Of a stretch of 64,000 nucleotides of DNA, positions 10,579-22,708 are shown piece after piece. Under the pieces are notes generated by a model that made no database searches, was not told the origin of the DNA, and was given only the letters and a program-made list of their open reading frames with translations. This DNA is from Pseudomaricurvus alkylphenolicus. GTDB lineage: Bacteria > Pseudomonadota > Gammaproteobacteria > Pseudomonadales > Cellvibrionaceae. The stretch spans positions 74,157 to 138,156 of the forward strand of contig NZ_JAAQPI010000002.1 in assembly GCF_011683955.1 (NCBI RefSeq), given 5' to 3'. Positions within the stretch are counted from its first letter, which is position 1; each line of letters begins with the position of its first letter. The position numbers were made by a program, and so were the translations under genes.

Positions 10579-11139
10579 CTAACCCTCTTCTGGATCAGTC
10601 ATTTGAAGATTCAGGTTACGTATATCTCGCTGCCGACCTACCTTCACCTCATGAATTGAGATGTACAGCACCGAGACGCTAGGCAAGAGCACAAGCATAT
10701 CGCTGATCACTCCCTGAGACATCCATGCATAGCAATCCCAACCCCCAGAGCCCCGATTGCGCTCTATATAGCCTATTGACTTGGGTGGATCGTACACCGG
10801 TATGCACCCGCCTTTCCGGCAACGATATTTGGGGGAGCCATCGCTGTTTCGCACCAGATAGTCTTTTAACCTCGAACCAGCAACATCGACCTGTGACCCT
10901 TGATCACGCAACTTGATCGTATAATTTTCTCCTGCCCGCTCTTCTGGCTGTTGGCATTCCCCAAATATTTCGACATCGCTCCTGAATGAAAATACAGACG
11001 TATCGGGGCCCGCGGCACCCCGAGGGTCGATGATTTCTAGATTTATACCCGCATTAATGCTGACAGCGAAACTGGTTAACCGAATGGATAGAAGGGTGTG
11101 TATAGGTGAGGGCGGGGAGGATTTGGAACGAGACACCAT
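10579..11139 (-). CDS. Hypothetical Cys/Gly-rich protein (no recognizable domain)
   Basis: ORF convergent with the previous gene; the two stops are 2 bp apart. Start placed at the internal Met (MVSRSK...) preceded by GAGGA 6 nt upstream. Contains the motif KYRCRKGGCIPVYDPP...GGWDCYAWM. Confidence 0.4.
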   Translation of the reverse strand: MVSRSKSSPPSPIHTLLSIRLTSFAVSINAGINLEIIDPRGAAGPDTSVFSFRSDVEIFGECQQPEERAGENYTIKLRDQGSQVDVAGSRLKDYLVRNSDGSPKYRCRKGGCIPVYDPPKSIGYIERNRGSGGWDCYAWMSQGVISDMLVLLPSVSVLYISIHEVKVGRQRDIRNLNLQMTDPEEG

Positions 11140-11708
11140 GACTTTTCCTCTAAAGTTTGGTCTGTAGGGCAAGCATAGAGCATCTAAAACGCAGACAGCA
11201 GACCGAACGGATATGCCGCACCCTTGAAGCTACCTAGATTTAATTAAATGGAGTTAGGTTCAAATCCCTGATCTCGTTGAATTGGTATCGGGTGAACGAT
11301 AGGCTACGCGCCAAGATGATGCTGGGAGGGTGACTTTTCTTTAATGGCACACCGGTTGGCACATCGAAGTTCAAAATACAATCGCCCTACACACCACTAC
11401 TGGGCTTAACTACAACTTTCAACTCCCCCCGGCGCAAGCAAATCCTCAAGGCTCTGCGCAATCACTCCTTCACTCTCAAGCCGACCCTTCGTAGCCTTAT
11501 CGATTCTCGGCGCGATAGCTAGATACTCTACCTGCCAATGGCGGAATCTTTTATTAAGATAACTGGTGACAAACAGCCAAATCTTAAAAATATCCATATT
11601 TATCAATGGGTTAACAAAACTCCTATAATCTACCCATCTAGAATCCCCTTAGTCGGAACTCCAGCTACGATCTCCTTAAACTGGGTTGTCGCTTAGGATT
11701 ACACGGAA

Positions 11709-11760
11709 TTGGCACCTACTGCATCCAATTTATATAAAAATGGTAACTATAGGTGCCAAC
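11709..11760. promoter_or_regulatory. 10-bp perfect inverted repeat TTGGCACCTA / TAGGTGCCAA (31-bp spacer) upstream of hipB-like gene
   Basis: Direct reading of the sequence; exact reverse complements. Lies in the hipBA upstream region. Confidence 0.3.
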
Positions 11761-11784
11761 AGAATATTTTACCTTCAGCAGAAT

Positions 11785-11830
11785 GGTCACTATACTTACC
11801 ATTTTTAAGCAAGTTGGTAAGTATAGTGAC
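11785..11830. promoter_or_regulatory. 17-bp perfect inverted repeat GGTCACTATACTTACCA / TGGTAAGTATAGTGACC (12-bp spacer): candidate HipB-type operator
   Basis: Direct reading of the sequence. Each half-site contains a TATACT / TATAGT -10-like hexamer. Sits immediately upstream of the XRE/HipB-like CDS. A third half-site-like copy (tggtaactata) lies about 40 bp upstream. Confidence 0.5.
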
Positions 11831-11861
11831 CTCAAAATTGCCCCCTCAGAAGCGAAGTGCT

Positions 11862-12155
11862 GTGGTATTCCCAAAGAACCAGCGAATACTGGCGCAACTG
11901 GGTGAGAATATTAAGCTCGCCTGTAAACGCCGGAACTACAGCCAGACCCTGATCTCTGAGCGAACCGGACTCAGCCGTCTGACCATTCGCAAGATCGAAC
12001 AGGGCGACCCCAAAGTCTCGATTGGCCATTATGTGGCCGTGCTGAGCGTACTGGGGCTGGTCGAGGATTTTGCCAAGGTCGCCAGCGATGACGAGCTGGG
12101 GCGCAAGCTACAAGACATCAAACTGATGGGCAAACAGAAAGGAAAAAAGCCTTGA
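11862..12155 (+). CDS. hipB: XRE-family HTH antitoxin (HipB-like)
   Basis: HTH_XRE signature NQRILAQLGENIKLACKRRNYSQTLISERTGLSRLTIRKIEQGDPKVSIGHYVAVLSVLGL. Lies 17 nt upstream of hipA. The ORF has no in-frame ATG before the HTH; the start is assigned to the GTG at 11862 (TTG 11838 or GTG 11826 are alternatives). The 5' end is uncertain. Confidence 0.5.
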   Translation: MVFPKNQRILAQLGENIKLACKRRNYSQTLISERTGLSRLTIRKIEQGDPKVSIGHYVAVLSVLGLVEDFAKVASDDELGRKLQDIKLMGKQKGKKP

Positions 12156-12171
12156 GCCAGGGAGAATAGCC

Positions 12172-13410
12172 ATGAGTACGGAAGTCTATGTTTTTGCTGA
12201 TTGGGAAGATTTTGGCAAGCCTACATTGGTCGGTACGCTACGATCCTCTGTCATCAAAAATAAAGAGCACTTCAGCTTCAGCTATGACGAGGCTTGGTTA
12301 CAGTCCTCCTTTGCCCAGAAAATCGACCCGGACCTGGATCTATACAGTGGTGAGCAGCATAATGCAGACCCCAGGAGTTTCAGGACCTTTCTGGATTCGT
12401 GCCCAGATCGTTGGGGCCGGTTGCTGATGAAACGTCGCGAGGCGATTGTCGCTCGCCAGGAAGAACGGCGCCCCAAGGTTCTCAACGAAATCGACTACCT
12501 GTTGGGCGTGCATGATCTCTATCGTTTGGGAGCCTTGCGATTTAAGCAAGACATGGATGGTCCCTTCCTGGACGACGATGAGAAGCTGGCAGCACCGCCG
12601 ATCTCTTCGCTAAGAGATCTGGAATACGCAGTTCAACATGTGGAAGACAACGGCAATGCCGATGACCCGGTGTATCTGAAGTGGCTATACATGCTGATGT
12701 CACCCGGATCATCTCTGGGCGGTGCCCGCCCCAAGGCCAGTGTGGTCGATGAGCAGGAGCACTTATGGATTGCCAAATTTCCCAGTCGCCACGATGACTA
12801 CGATATTGCGGCCTGGGAATTCGTCGTCTATCAACTGGCGCTGGATGCGGGAGTCCAAATGTCAGAATGCCGTATCGACAGATTTAATAGCCATCACCAC
12901 ACCTTTCTTACCAAGCGCTTTGATCGCACCGAGCAAAGTCGACTGCATTTTACCTCGGCTATGACGCAGCTGGGTTATTACGACGGCGAGTACGATGCCA
13001 GCTACCTGGAGCTTGCGCAATTCCTCACAGATCATGGCAGCAACACCAAGACAGACCTCGCTCAGCTTTGGCGGCGCATTGTGTTCAATATTGCTGTTTC
13101 GAATACCGATGATCACCTGAGAAACCATGGCTTTATTTATCAGGATGGCGGCTGGGTACTTTCTCCAGCCTATGATATTAACCCCGTGACACCCGCCAAT
13201 GGCTTGCATCTAAGCATTAGTGATGATGACAACAGCCTGGACTATGGCCTGGCAATGGAGGTGATTGATTTTTTCCAGTTGAACGCAGTAGAAGCGCAAA
13301 CCATCAAAGATAAGGTTTTGGCCAGTGTTCGCCGCTGGGGGAAAGTTGCAACGAGAGTAGGTATCAGCCGTAGCGAGCAGAAGCTTATGGCGCCCGCATT
13401 TAATGTTTAA
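12172..13410 (+). CDS. hipA: HipA-family Ser/Thr kinase toxin
   Basis: HipA N-terminal domain (VYVFADWEDFGKPTLVGTL...FSFSYDEAW). C-terminal catalytic core (NTDDHLRNHGFIYQDGGWVLSPAYDINP; DxHxxN + AYDIN). GGGAGA RBS. Confidence 0.9.
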   Translation: MSTEVYVFADWEDFGKPTLVGTLRSSVIKNKEHFSFSYDEAWLQSSFAQKIDPDLDLYSGEQHNADPRSFRTFLDSCPDRWGRLLMKRREAIVARQEERRPKVLNEIDYLLGVHDLYRLGALRFKQDMDGPFLDDDEKLAAPPISSLRDLEYAVQHVEDNGNADDPVYLKWLYMLMSPGSSLGGARPKASVVDEQEHLWIAKFPSRHDDYDIAAWEFVVYQLALDAGVQMSECRIDRFNSHHHTFLTKRFDRTEQSRLHFTSAMTQLGYYDGEYDASYLELAQFLTDHGSNTKTDLAQLWRRIVFNIAVSNTDDHLRNHGFIYQDGGWVLSPAYDINPVTPANGLHLSISDDDNSLDYGLAMEVIDFFQLNAVEAQTIKDKVLASVRRWGKVATRVGISRSEQKLMAPAFNV

Positions 13411-13738
13411 CCCCAAGAGTGCGACCATGGAGACTTCAATAATGCACCTGGCAAGGACAAAAGAATCTGCAAAGAAAGCTTTAGGCGAGAGATCTCGCAT
13501 CTGCGCTTCATACCCGCAATTGTTAATCAAAGACCGGTGGAGGCGACTTTTCTAGCACTTTTTTGGACGAAACCCATTTGAAACGAAAGCAATATTAGTG
13601 ATATTAAAAAACAGTGAGATGCACCTCTGATTTAGTTTTAACTTTGAGCGAGTTTGTACATCGCAGCACGCTGGCACCTGCTCAAGCCAGCGACTACTAT
13701 TTGGCAATGTGGCTGACCCTTTAGGACCCGGAGAAAAT

Positions 13739-14917
13739 ATGAATAACACCGGCGCGGAGACAGAACCGACCACCCCTAGCGATACCCCTACGGAGCCGAT
13801 CGCCGACCGGTTGCCCGACATCATCGATTGGCTGCCTGAATCGCTCAAGCCGGGATGGCAACTGCTCGATCAGGTGCCAATACTGGCCGGGCTCGCCATT
13901 GTTGTTTTTTTCTTTGTGGCAGCGGTTGTGATTCGATCGCTGCTGATCCGATTTCTGCAGCGCCTCTCCTCAGAAACGGAAACTCCAGTAGACAATATTT
14001 TAGTCGACTGCCTTCGCAAGCCCCTGTTTACTACCATTATGTACTTTGGGGTGGCCCTGGGAATCACAGCAAGCCAACTGCCTTTTGCGACTGAAGCACT
14101 GGTCAATCTCTGTATTTCCGTCATCATTGCCAGCTGGATGAGATCCACGTTTCTGGCCAGCACCCGAATTCTGAAGACACTGGGCGATGTTCACGATCGA
14201 TTTCCGGTGGTGGAACCGCGCACGGTTCCGCTGCTGGATCTGTCTATTAAGCTGGTTATCTTGCTGCTGGGGAGCTATGCGCTGCTGGTTGTCTGGGGCA
14301 TCAATCCGATCGGTTGGTTGGCGTCCGCGGGCATTGTTGGTATAGCTGTGGGGTTTGCCGCAAAAGACACTCTGTCGAATGTGTTTTCCGGTTTTTTTAT
14401 CCTGATCGACGCACCCTATAAAGTCGGAGACTACGTCAACCTGGACACGGGTGAGCGAGGCTGTGTAACCCACATCGGCCTGCGCAGCACTCGCTTGCTC
14501 AGTCGCGAGGACATTGAGATCACTCTGCCCAATGCGGTGATTGCCAACGCCAAGATCGTTAATGAAAGTGGCGGTAACAAACCGCACATACGCATCGCCG
14601 TCGCGGTGGGAGCGGCCTATGGCTCGGATGTGGATCAGGTTTGCGATATTCTGCAGCAGATTGGCGAGCAGCATCCAGAGATCGCCGCTGATCCTGCACC
14701 CCGAGTTCGCATGCGGAAGTTTGGCGCGTCCAGCCTCGACTTTGAACTGCTCGGCTGGATTCTCAAGCCTGAGGACCGAGGCAGGATTAAACATGAACTG
14801 CTGATGAGTATTTACAAACAGTTTCGAGCCCAGGGCATCGAAATTCCCTACGCCAAGTCGGATCTGTACATCAAGGAGCTGCCCCCAATCGGTGGGACCA
14901 GCTCCCCTGGCGAATGA
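13739..14917 (+). CDS. Mechanosensitive ion channel, MscS family
   Basis: TM helices followed by the conserved MscS core (GIVGIAVGFAAKDTLSNVFSGFFILIDAPYKVGDYVNL). Start chosen at the Met preceded by GGAGaaaat; the ORF-track start is 13709. Confidence 0.85.
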   Translation: MNNTGAETEPTTPSDTPTEPIADRLPDIIDWLPESLKPGWQLLDQVPILAGLAIVVFFFVAAVVIRSLLIRFLQRLSSETETPVDNILVDCLRKPLFTTIMYFGVALGITASQLPFATEALVNLCISVIIASWMRSTFLASTRILKTLGDVHDRFPVVEPRTVPLLDLSIKLVILLLGSYALLVVWGINPIGWLASAGIVGIAVGFAAKDTLSNVFSGFFILIDAPYKVGDYVNLDTGERGCVTHIGLRSTRLLSREDIEITLPNAVIANAKIVNESGGNKPHIRIAVAVGAAYGSDVDQVCDILQQIGEQHPEIAADPAPRVRMRKFGASSLDFELLGWILKPEDRGRIKHELLMSIYKQFRAQGIEIPYAKSDLYIKELPPIGGTSSPGE

Positions 14918-14930
14918 ATATCCGGTCGGT

Positions 14931-16073
14931 TTATCCTTCCGGCATCAGCGCATTGAGCGCCTCCAATGCATCCACATACTCGCCAATGATTCTGGAGACG
15001 ACACCGCGACAGGATTCAATCTCATTGATTTGCCCGATCACCTGGCCGCACGCGTTGTCCGCGATTTTTTGTGTTTCACCGGAGGACGCGTACATGGCGC
15101 TGCGCCGCCGGAGGTCGGAGGTAAGCAACAGTTGCAGCGGGAAAGGAAGCGGGTCCGGTGTGTCGGAGTCTTCCCAGGCTTCTGACCAGTCGTTACGAAG
15201 CAAACGACAATTTTTTCCTGTCCATGATTTGGTTCGCACAGCGTCTGTTGATTCGGCTTTCAGGTAGGACTCTTTCTGAGCCATTTGAGCATGGGCCTCT
15301 TCTACCGTTAACCATAGAGAGCCCGTCCAAACGCCGGCCGCTCCCATGCCCATGGCAGCCAGCATTTGTCTGCCGTTGCCGATTCCGCCGGCAGCCAATA
15401 CGGGCATGGGCGCAACCGCATCAATCAGTTCTGGCCAGCAGACGATACTGCCTACCTCACCACAGTGGCCACCCCCCTCGCCGCCATTGGCAACAATAAA
15501 ATCCAGTCCGGCTTTTTTGTGAGCCTGAGCATGTTTCTTGGTACCGGTGAGTGCTCCAATTAAACGACCACAGTCCTGTACCATTTTAATGACGTTATCG
15601 GGCGGAGTACCCAATGCATTGACGATAACTTTGCACTTGGGACGCTTCAGGGCATCCTCTAACATCGGCATGACTTGTTCCATGGTCCAGGCACCCATGG
15701 GAGGACGCGAGTCGTCGTGCCACTTGGGCACACTGTGCTCATCGATAATTTTATTGGTAAAGTCTGTGTGCTCTTTTGGAATCATCTCCCAAAGTTTGTC
15801 TTGCTGCTCTTCCGGCGACATCCCGCTCCCCTGACCCACGGCACTGTTGGGAATAACGATGTCAAAACCGTAGATGTGGTCGCCGATGTGGGCATCGATC
15901 CAGTCCAATTGTTCCTTTAATTCTTCGAGACTGTTCACAAAGGCTGCCCCGAAAACACCAATACCCCCGGCCTTGCTGACTTCAACAACCACATCACGGC
16001 AATGGGTAAATGCAAAAATCGGAACATCAATACCCAGTTTTTTACATAGCTCTGTATACATGCGTGTAACCAC
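14931..16073 (-). CDS. Nitronate monooxygenase / NAD(P)H-dependent flavin oxidoreductase (NMO / 2-nitropropane dioxygenase family)
   Basis: N-terminus LGIDVPIFAFTHCRDVVVEVSKAGGIGVFGA... and C-terminal LAAGGIGNGRQMLAAMGMGAAGVWTGSLWL are typical of the NMO TIM-barrel FMN-binding family. Confidence 0.8.
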   Translation of the reverse strand: MVTRMYTELCKKLGIDVPIFAFTHCRDVVVEVSKAGGIGVFGAAFVNSLEELKEQLDWIDAHIGDHIYGFDIVIPNSAVGQGSGMSPEEQQDKLWEMIPKEHTDFTNKIIDEHSVPKWHDDSRPPMGAWTMEQVMPMLEDALKRPKCKVIVNALGTPPDNVIKMVQDCGRLIGALTGTKKHAQAHKKAGLDFIVANGGEGGGHCGEVGSIVCWPELIDAVAPMPVLAAGGIGNGRQMLAAMGMGAAGVWTGSLWLTVEEAHAQMAQKESYLKAESTDAVRTKSWTGKNCRLLRNDWSEAWEDSDTPDPLPFPLQLLLTSDLRRRSAMYASSGETQKIADNACGQVIGQINEIESCRGVVSRIIGEYVDALEALNALMPEG

Positions 16074-16303
16074 TCTTTCTTTAGTGAACCACTGGCGAGC
16101 GATAGTTTGTTTCTGTTGGGCACTATCGGCGCCACCAATGCAAATAGCTGTTTACAGGGTGTAATTTGCAGGGATGGCGCTGATTATTGAATGTTCAAAT
16201 CAGTACTTCGGCTTACCCAAATCATTCCTGATCGAGTCGGCATTTCGGGGAGAGTGGTTGATCCAATGGACTGGAACAGTTGGCCAGAAATCATGAATGA
16301 GCG

Positions 16304-16344
16304 AAAAAAACCGGCGCAAGAAAGCGTTTCCTGCGCCGGTTTTT
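16304..16344. terminator. Rho-independent terminator (bidirectional-looking) downstream of ppdK
   Basis: aaaaaaa-CCGGCGCA-13 nt loop-TGCGCCGG-ttttt. An 8-bp GC stem flanked by an A-run and a T-run, lying 50 bp past the ppdK stop on the minus strand. Confidence 0.6.
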
Positions 16345-16395
16345 AGAAAGGATTTGGCAGCGACCTGGAGTCTGTCGCTACCGGGTAGAGATCGC

Positions 16396-18999
<2,604 letters not shown>

Positions 19000-19290
19000 G
19001 ATTACTCCCTACAACAATGAACTGCGATGTCTCGTCAGTGGTGACGCATAGCCTAACGCCGGGCGTACTGGCTGGCAATCTTCCTGAAACCAAGGACGCC
19101 CAAGGGGGCAGTTTTGCCACACAGCGCTCATGTCACAGCCATCGAGCCATACACATAGGTGGAACTGCGCGCCAGAATTGGCACCACCATCTTCATTGCC
19201 TTCTATAATTCCCGTATGATGGCGCCGTTTTTTAGTACGGTGCCAAGGACTTTAAGGCCATCCTCCCCTTACCAGATGTGGCGGTTGCAG

Positions 19291-20307
19291 ATGAAGTTTT
19301 TAGAAGGCTCTCAGGATTCAGCTCAAATTTTGCGCAAAGCCATCCCCATGATGGTTGAGCGGGACATTCCCCCCACACCGCAGAATTACTCACTTTGGTA
19401 TGCCCACGCGGGCAACAAACACCCCGAACTCAGTAAACGACTGCTGGAGCAATTTCCCGAAAAAGGCTCGTACAACGGCGATAAAAGCGAAGCCCTGTTT
19501 TTCGACTACTTTATCAAGCAGCATCTGCCCCGCAGCGAAAAAGCCCAGAATGCGCTGGCCAGTTTATTGAGCCAGTTGTTTGGGGCCGTTAACCAAATTG
19601 AAGACGGCACCCGCGACTACGGCGATGCCCTGCAGTCGTCTCTGGCCCAGCTCGATGGCACCAGCGACCAGCAGGAAATCCAGGCGATTTTGTCCCAAAT
19701 TCTGGAGGACACCAGTGCCGTGCAAAGTGCCAGCCAGGCCTTCCAAGGGGAACTGGAAACCGCCAAAGCCGAAATCGAGGAACTGAAGGAAAAGCTCAAG
19801 GTGAGCCGTGAGGATGCCCTGGTAGACTCACTGACCAAGATCGGTAATCGCCGCGCCTTTGATCAGGCTATGTCGCAGGCACTGACACAAACGGACACCC
19901 CCACCTGCCTGTTGTTATTGGACCTGGATCACTTTAAAAATATCAACGACACCTATGGCCATGTGATGGGTGATCTGGTGCTGGAGCGTATGGGCAGGAT
20001 TCTCAAAGCCCAACAGCGCCCTGGCGTGCAACCGATGCGGTACGGCGGTGAGGAGTTTGCCATTATCTTTACCGGGCAGCAGCAGGATGCCGCCGAACTG
20101 GCGGATACGGTGCGCAAGCAGGTGGCCAACACCATTTCCATCAAACAGAACGACACTGGCAAACAAATGGGCGCTGTTACCGTTTCTATCGGCATTGCTC
20201 AGGCCGGAGTGGCGGAAGACCCCGGCGCCCTCAAAGAGCGCGCCGACCAGGCGCTGTACCAAGCCAAAGAAAACGGTCGCAACCGCGTGGAATGCGCGGG
20301 CGGCTGA
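19291..20307 (+). CDS. GGDEF-domain diguanylate cyclase
   Basis: RAFDQ...LLLLDLDHFKNINDTYGHVMGD...RYGGEEFAIIF (GGEEF active site). Start chosen at MKFLEGS; the ORF-track start is 19159. Confidence 0.8.
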   Translation: MKFLEGSQDSAQILRKAIPMMVERDIPPTPQNYSLWYAHAGNKHPELSKRLLEQFPEKGSYNGDKSEALFFDYFIKQHLPRSEKAQNALASLLSQLFGAVNQIEDGTRDYGDALQSSLAQLDGTSDQQEIQAILSQILEDTSAVQSASQAFQGELETAKAEIEELKEKLKVSREDALVDSLTKIGNRRAFDQAMSQALTQTDTPTCLLLLDLDHFKNINDTYGHVMGDLVLERMGRILKAQQRPGVQPMRYGGEEFAIIFTGQQQDAAELADTVRKQVANTISIKQNDTGKQMGAVTVSIGIAQAGVAEDPGALKERADQALYQAKENGRNRVECAGG

Positions 20308-20313
20308 GTTCGT

Positions 20314-21084
20314 TTAGTCCCCCTGATGCAAGCTGCGAATCAGCTCGGGTATCTCGCTCGGATGCATGACGGTGTGATGGGGCTCGATGCCCAGCTCGGC
20401 ATCCAGTGGTTGCTGATGTTGAATCCACACTGAGGTGATGCTGGTGTTGTGAGCGCCGGCAATGTCGGCTGCCAGACTGTCGCCCACGTGAATTGCCTCG
20501 TGGGCTTCGCATTCCGCCAGGCGCAAAGCCTTTTCGAAGATGGAACGGGCGGGTTTCTGTTCCGGCTCCTGCCCACCAATAATGATGTGGTCCACATGCT
20601 CTGCCAGGTTAATGGTTTGCACCTTGGGCACCTGTGAGAACTCCGGACCATTGGTGATCACTACCAGGGTGAAGTACTGCCGGGCCTCTGCCAGAAAATC
20701 CGTGATGCCGGGGTAAAAGTCGAAGGCGTCCAGCCGATCGCGGTCGAATTTGTCCTGCAGCGCTTGCGCGTCTTGCTCCTCTACCGATTCGAGCCCCTGG
20801 TCGGCCAACAGGTCGCGAATCAGCTGGATACGAAAGGCGCCCTCGCTTTGCTGCTCGATAATGGGCATATAGCGCGCCCGCTGTGCCTCGCTCCACTCGC
20901 GATAGATGCCGGTCACATAGGCGCGGGCGAACGCCATACCGTCCACCTCATAACGCCGCTGCGCCTCCTCGGCCATCAGTTGGGTGGCCTTGCGATTAGC
21001 CCCCTTGGTGTCGCAGAGGGTTTCATCCATATCGAAAAACAGCGCTTTGAGCATAATCGGGTCCTGAAAGATGGGGGCCGACAT
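20314..21084 (-). CDS. HAD-superfamily hydrolase
   Basis: Motif I FFDMDETLCD. Motif III/IV ...HVGDSLAADIAGA. Start placed at an internal Met; the N-terminal 42 codons of the ORF are likely untranslated. Confidence 0.75.
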   Translation of the reverse strand: MSAPIFQDPIMLKALFFDMDETLCDTKGANRKATQLMAEEAQRRYEVDGMAFARAYVTGIYREWSEAQRARYMPIIEQQSEGAFRIQLIRDLLADQGLESVEEQDAQALQDKFDRDRLDAFDFYPGITDFLAEARQYFTLVVITNGPEFSQVPKVQTINLAEHVDHIIIGGQEPEQKPARSIFEKALRLAECEAHEAIHVGDSLAADIAGAHNTSITSVWIQHQQPLDAELGIEPHHTVMHPSEIPELIRSLHQGD

Positions 21085-21331
21085 TGTAATCCAATCGGGC
21101 CCGGGAGAGGACCTTGCAGTGTTGCCCACCGTAGCAGCGCGTCCTGAGCGCGACCGGTCGCCCTCAGCAGGCTGCGGCGACGGATGGAGGAAATTTGACT
21201 TGGCAGTCACAGATTAAGGCCGATTTCTGGCGCTTTATGTCGTTTTAAGTCAAGGATTTGATACCTGGGACCGGCTACAATGCCGGCCAATGCAGTAAAA
21301 GGTGGGCGTTGCCGCCGCCGAGGCGTCTTAG

Positions 21332-22693
21332 ATGGCATCCAAATTTAACCCCCTGCGGCAGAAGTCGCTGTTAAAGGGGCTTAATCTCTCCCTGGCCGGA
21401 GCCCGCACCGGTGGAGCGTTGCTGGTGGACAAGGCTCTGAACAAGGTGGTCCCCGGGCGCGACCACAACCCTCTGCTGGCCCAGGAGGCCCGCAAACTGG
21501 TTGCCCGGCTGGGCCAGATGAAGGGCACCTACGTCAAAGTCGGGCAGATGCTGGCGTTGGTGGGTGAGTATGTGCTGCCGGCGGAGCTTACGGATGCCCT
21601 GCGGGAGCTGGAATCCGCCACCGAAGCCCTGCCCTGGGTGCAGGTGGAGGCAATCCTGCGCGAACGCCTGGGGGCGGACTTCGACCTGTTGGAGATCGAG
21701 CCGGAGCCCATCGGCGTTGCCTCCCTGGCCCAGGTGCACCGCGCCCGGGTTCGCGAAACCGGCGAATCGATCTGCCTGAAGTTTCTCTACCCCGGCATCC
21801 GGGAATCCATCGACCACGATTTTGAAGCCGTGACCGGCATGCTCAAACTGACCCGATGGCTAAAGACCTCCCGCAGCTACGAAGAGTGGATCGGCCAGTT
21901 CAAGCAGCAGTTGCTGTGTGAGGTGGACTACGACCGGGAAATGGCGATGACGGAGAAGGTCGCCTCACTGCTGGCTGGGGATGATCGTTTTCTGGTACCC
22001 GCCATTGTGCGCCGCTTTTGCCGTCAGGACCTGATTGCCATGGAGTACCTGCAGGGCGAGACGGTGACCAGCGCGGCCGTGGCCGAGTTGAGCCAGGCCC
22101 GCCGAGACCGCCTGGGCAGTGCCATGCTGGACCTGTTGTTTAAAGAGATCTTTGACTGGCAGCTGCTGCAGTCCGACCCCAATATGGGTAACTACCGCAT
22201 AGCCATCGGCGAAGATCAGGACCGGCTGGTACTGCTGGACTTCGGCTCCATGCTGGATGTGGGGCCATCGTTTTTTGAGCCCCTGGGAGAAACCATTTTG
22301 GGGGCCCAGCAGCGCGATGCCGCTCGGGTGGTCTCGGGCTTGATGGCTCTGGATTGCCTGCGCCCGGAGAGCTCCGAATGTGCCTGCGATACGTTTGTGC
22401 ACTTCTGTGTGGAAATTATGGAACCCATGCGCCACCCGGAGCAGCTGCCCGAGCACCTGCTCAACGAGCAAGGGCACTATCGATGGGCGGAATCCAAATT
22501 AATGAAACGGGCCGCCGTTACCGTAGGGCGCTCAGCAACGCACTCCGGTTTTGAGCTGCCCTCCGAGCACTTCTCGCTGGTTTCCCGTAAGTTGATTGGT
22601 GTTTTTACCTTTATTACCCTGTTGCGATCGGAGTTTAACGGCTGGCCGCTGTTGCAAGCCTACACCTCCGAAGCCTCTTTTTCGCCAGCATAA
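21332..22693 (+). CDS. ABC1/UbiB-family atypical protein kinase (ADCK-like)
   Basis: ABC1 signature ...ASLAQVHRARVRETGESICLKFLYPGI... plus downstream kinase-like motifs. Confidence 0.8.
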   Translation: MASKFNPLRQKSLLKGLNLSLAGARTGGALLVDKALNKVVPGRDHNPLLAQEARKLVARLGQMKGTYVKVGQMLALVGEYVLPAELTDALRELESATEALPWVQVEAILRERLGADFDLLEIEPEPIGVASLAQVHRARVRETGESICLKFLYPGIRESIDHDFEAVTGMLKLTRWLKTSRSYEEWIGQFKQQLLCEVDYDREMAMTEKVASLLAGDDRFLVPAIVRRFCRQDLIAMEYLQGETVTSAAVAELSQARRDRLGSAMLDLLFKEIFDWQLLQSDPNMGNYRIAIGEDQDRLVLLDFGSMLDVGPSFFEPLGETILGAQQRDAARVVSGLMALDCLRPESSECACDTFVHFCVEIMEPMRHPEQLPEHLLNEQGHYRWAESKLMKRAAVTVGRSATHSGFELPSEHFSLVSRKLIGVFTFITLLRSEFNGWPLLQAYTSEASFSPA

Positions 22694-22708
22694 GGACTGT
22701 CTGAATTT

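Noticed and set aside
11240-11275. tRNA-like T-arm fragment (ggttcaaatcc) that could mark an island attachment site
   Set aside because: The flanking sequence does not fold into a T-stem or acceptor stem, there is no CCA or acceptor continuation, and no integrase lies nearby. Most likely a chance match.
11406-11606. 66-aa ORF on the minus strand in the gene-poor region upstream of hipB
   Set aside because: No RBS, no recognisable motif, and it sits in an AT-richer intergenic stretch. Could be a gene remnant but is not supportable as a CDS.
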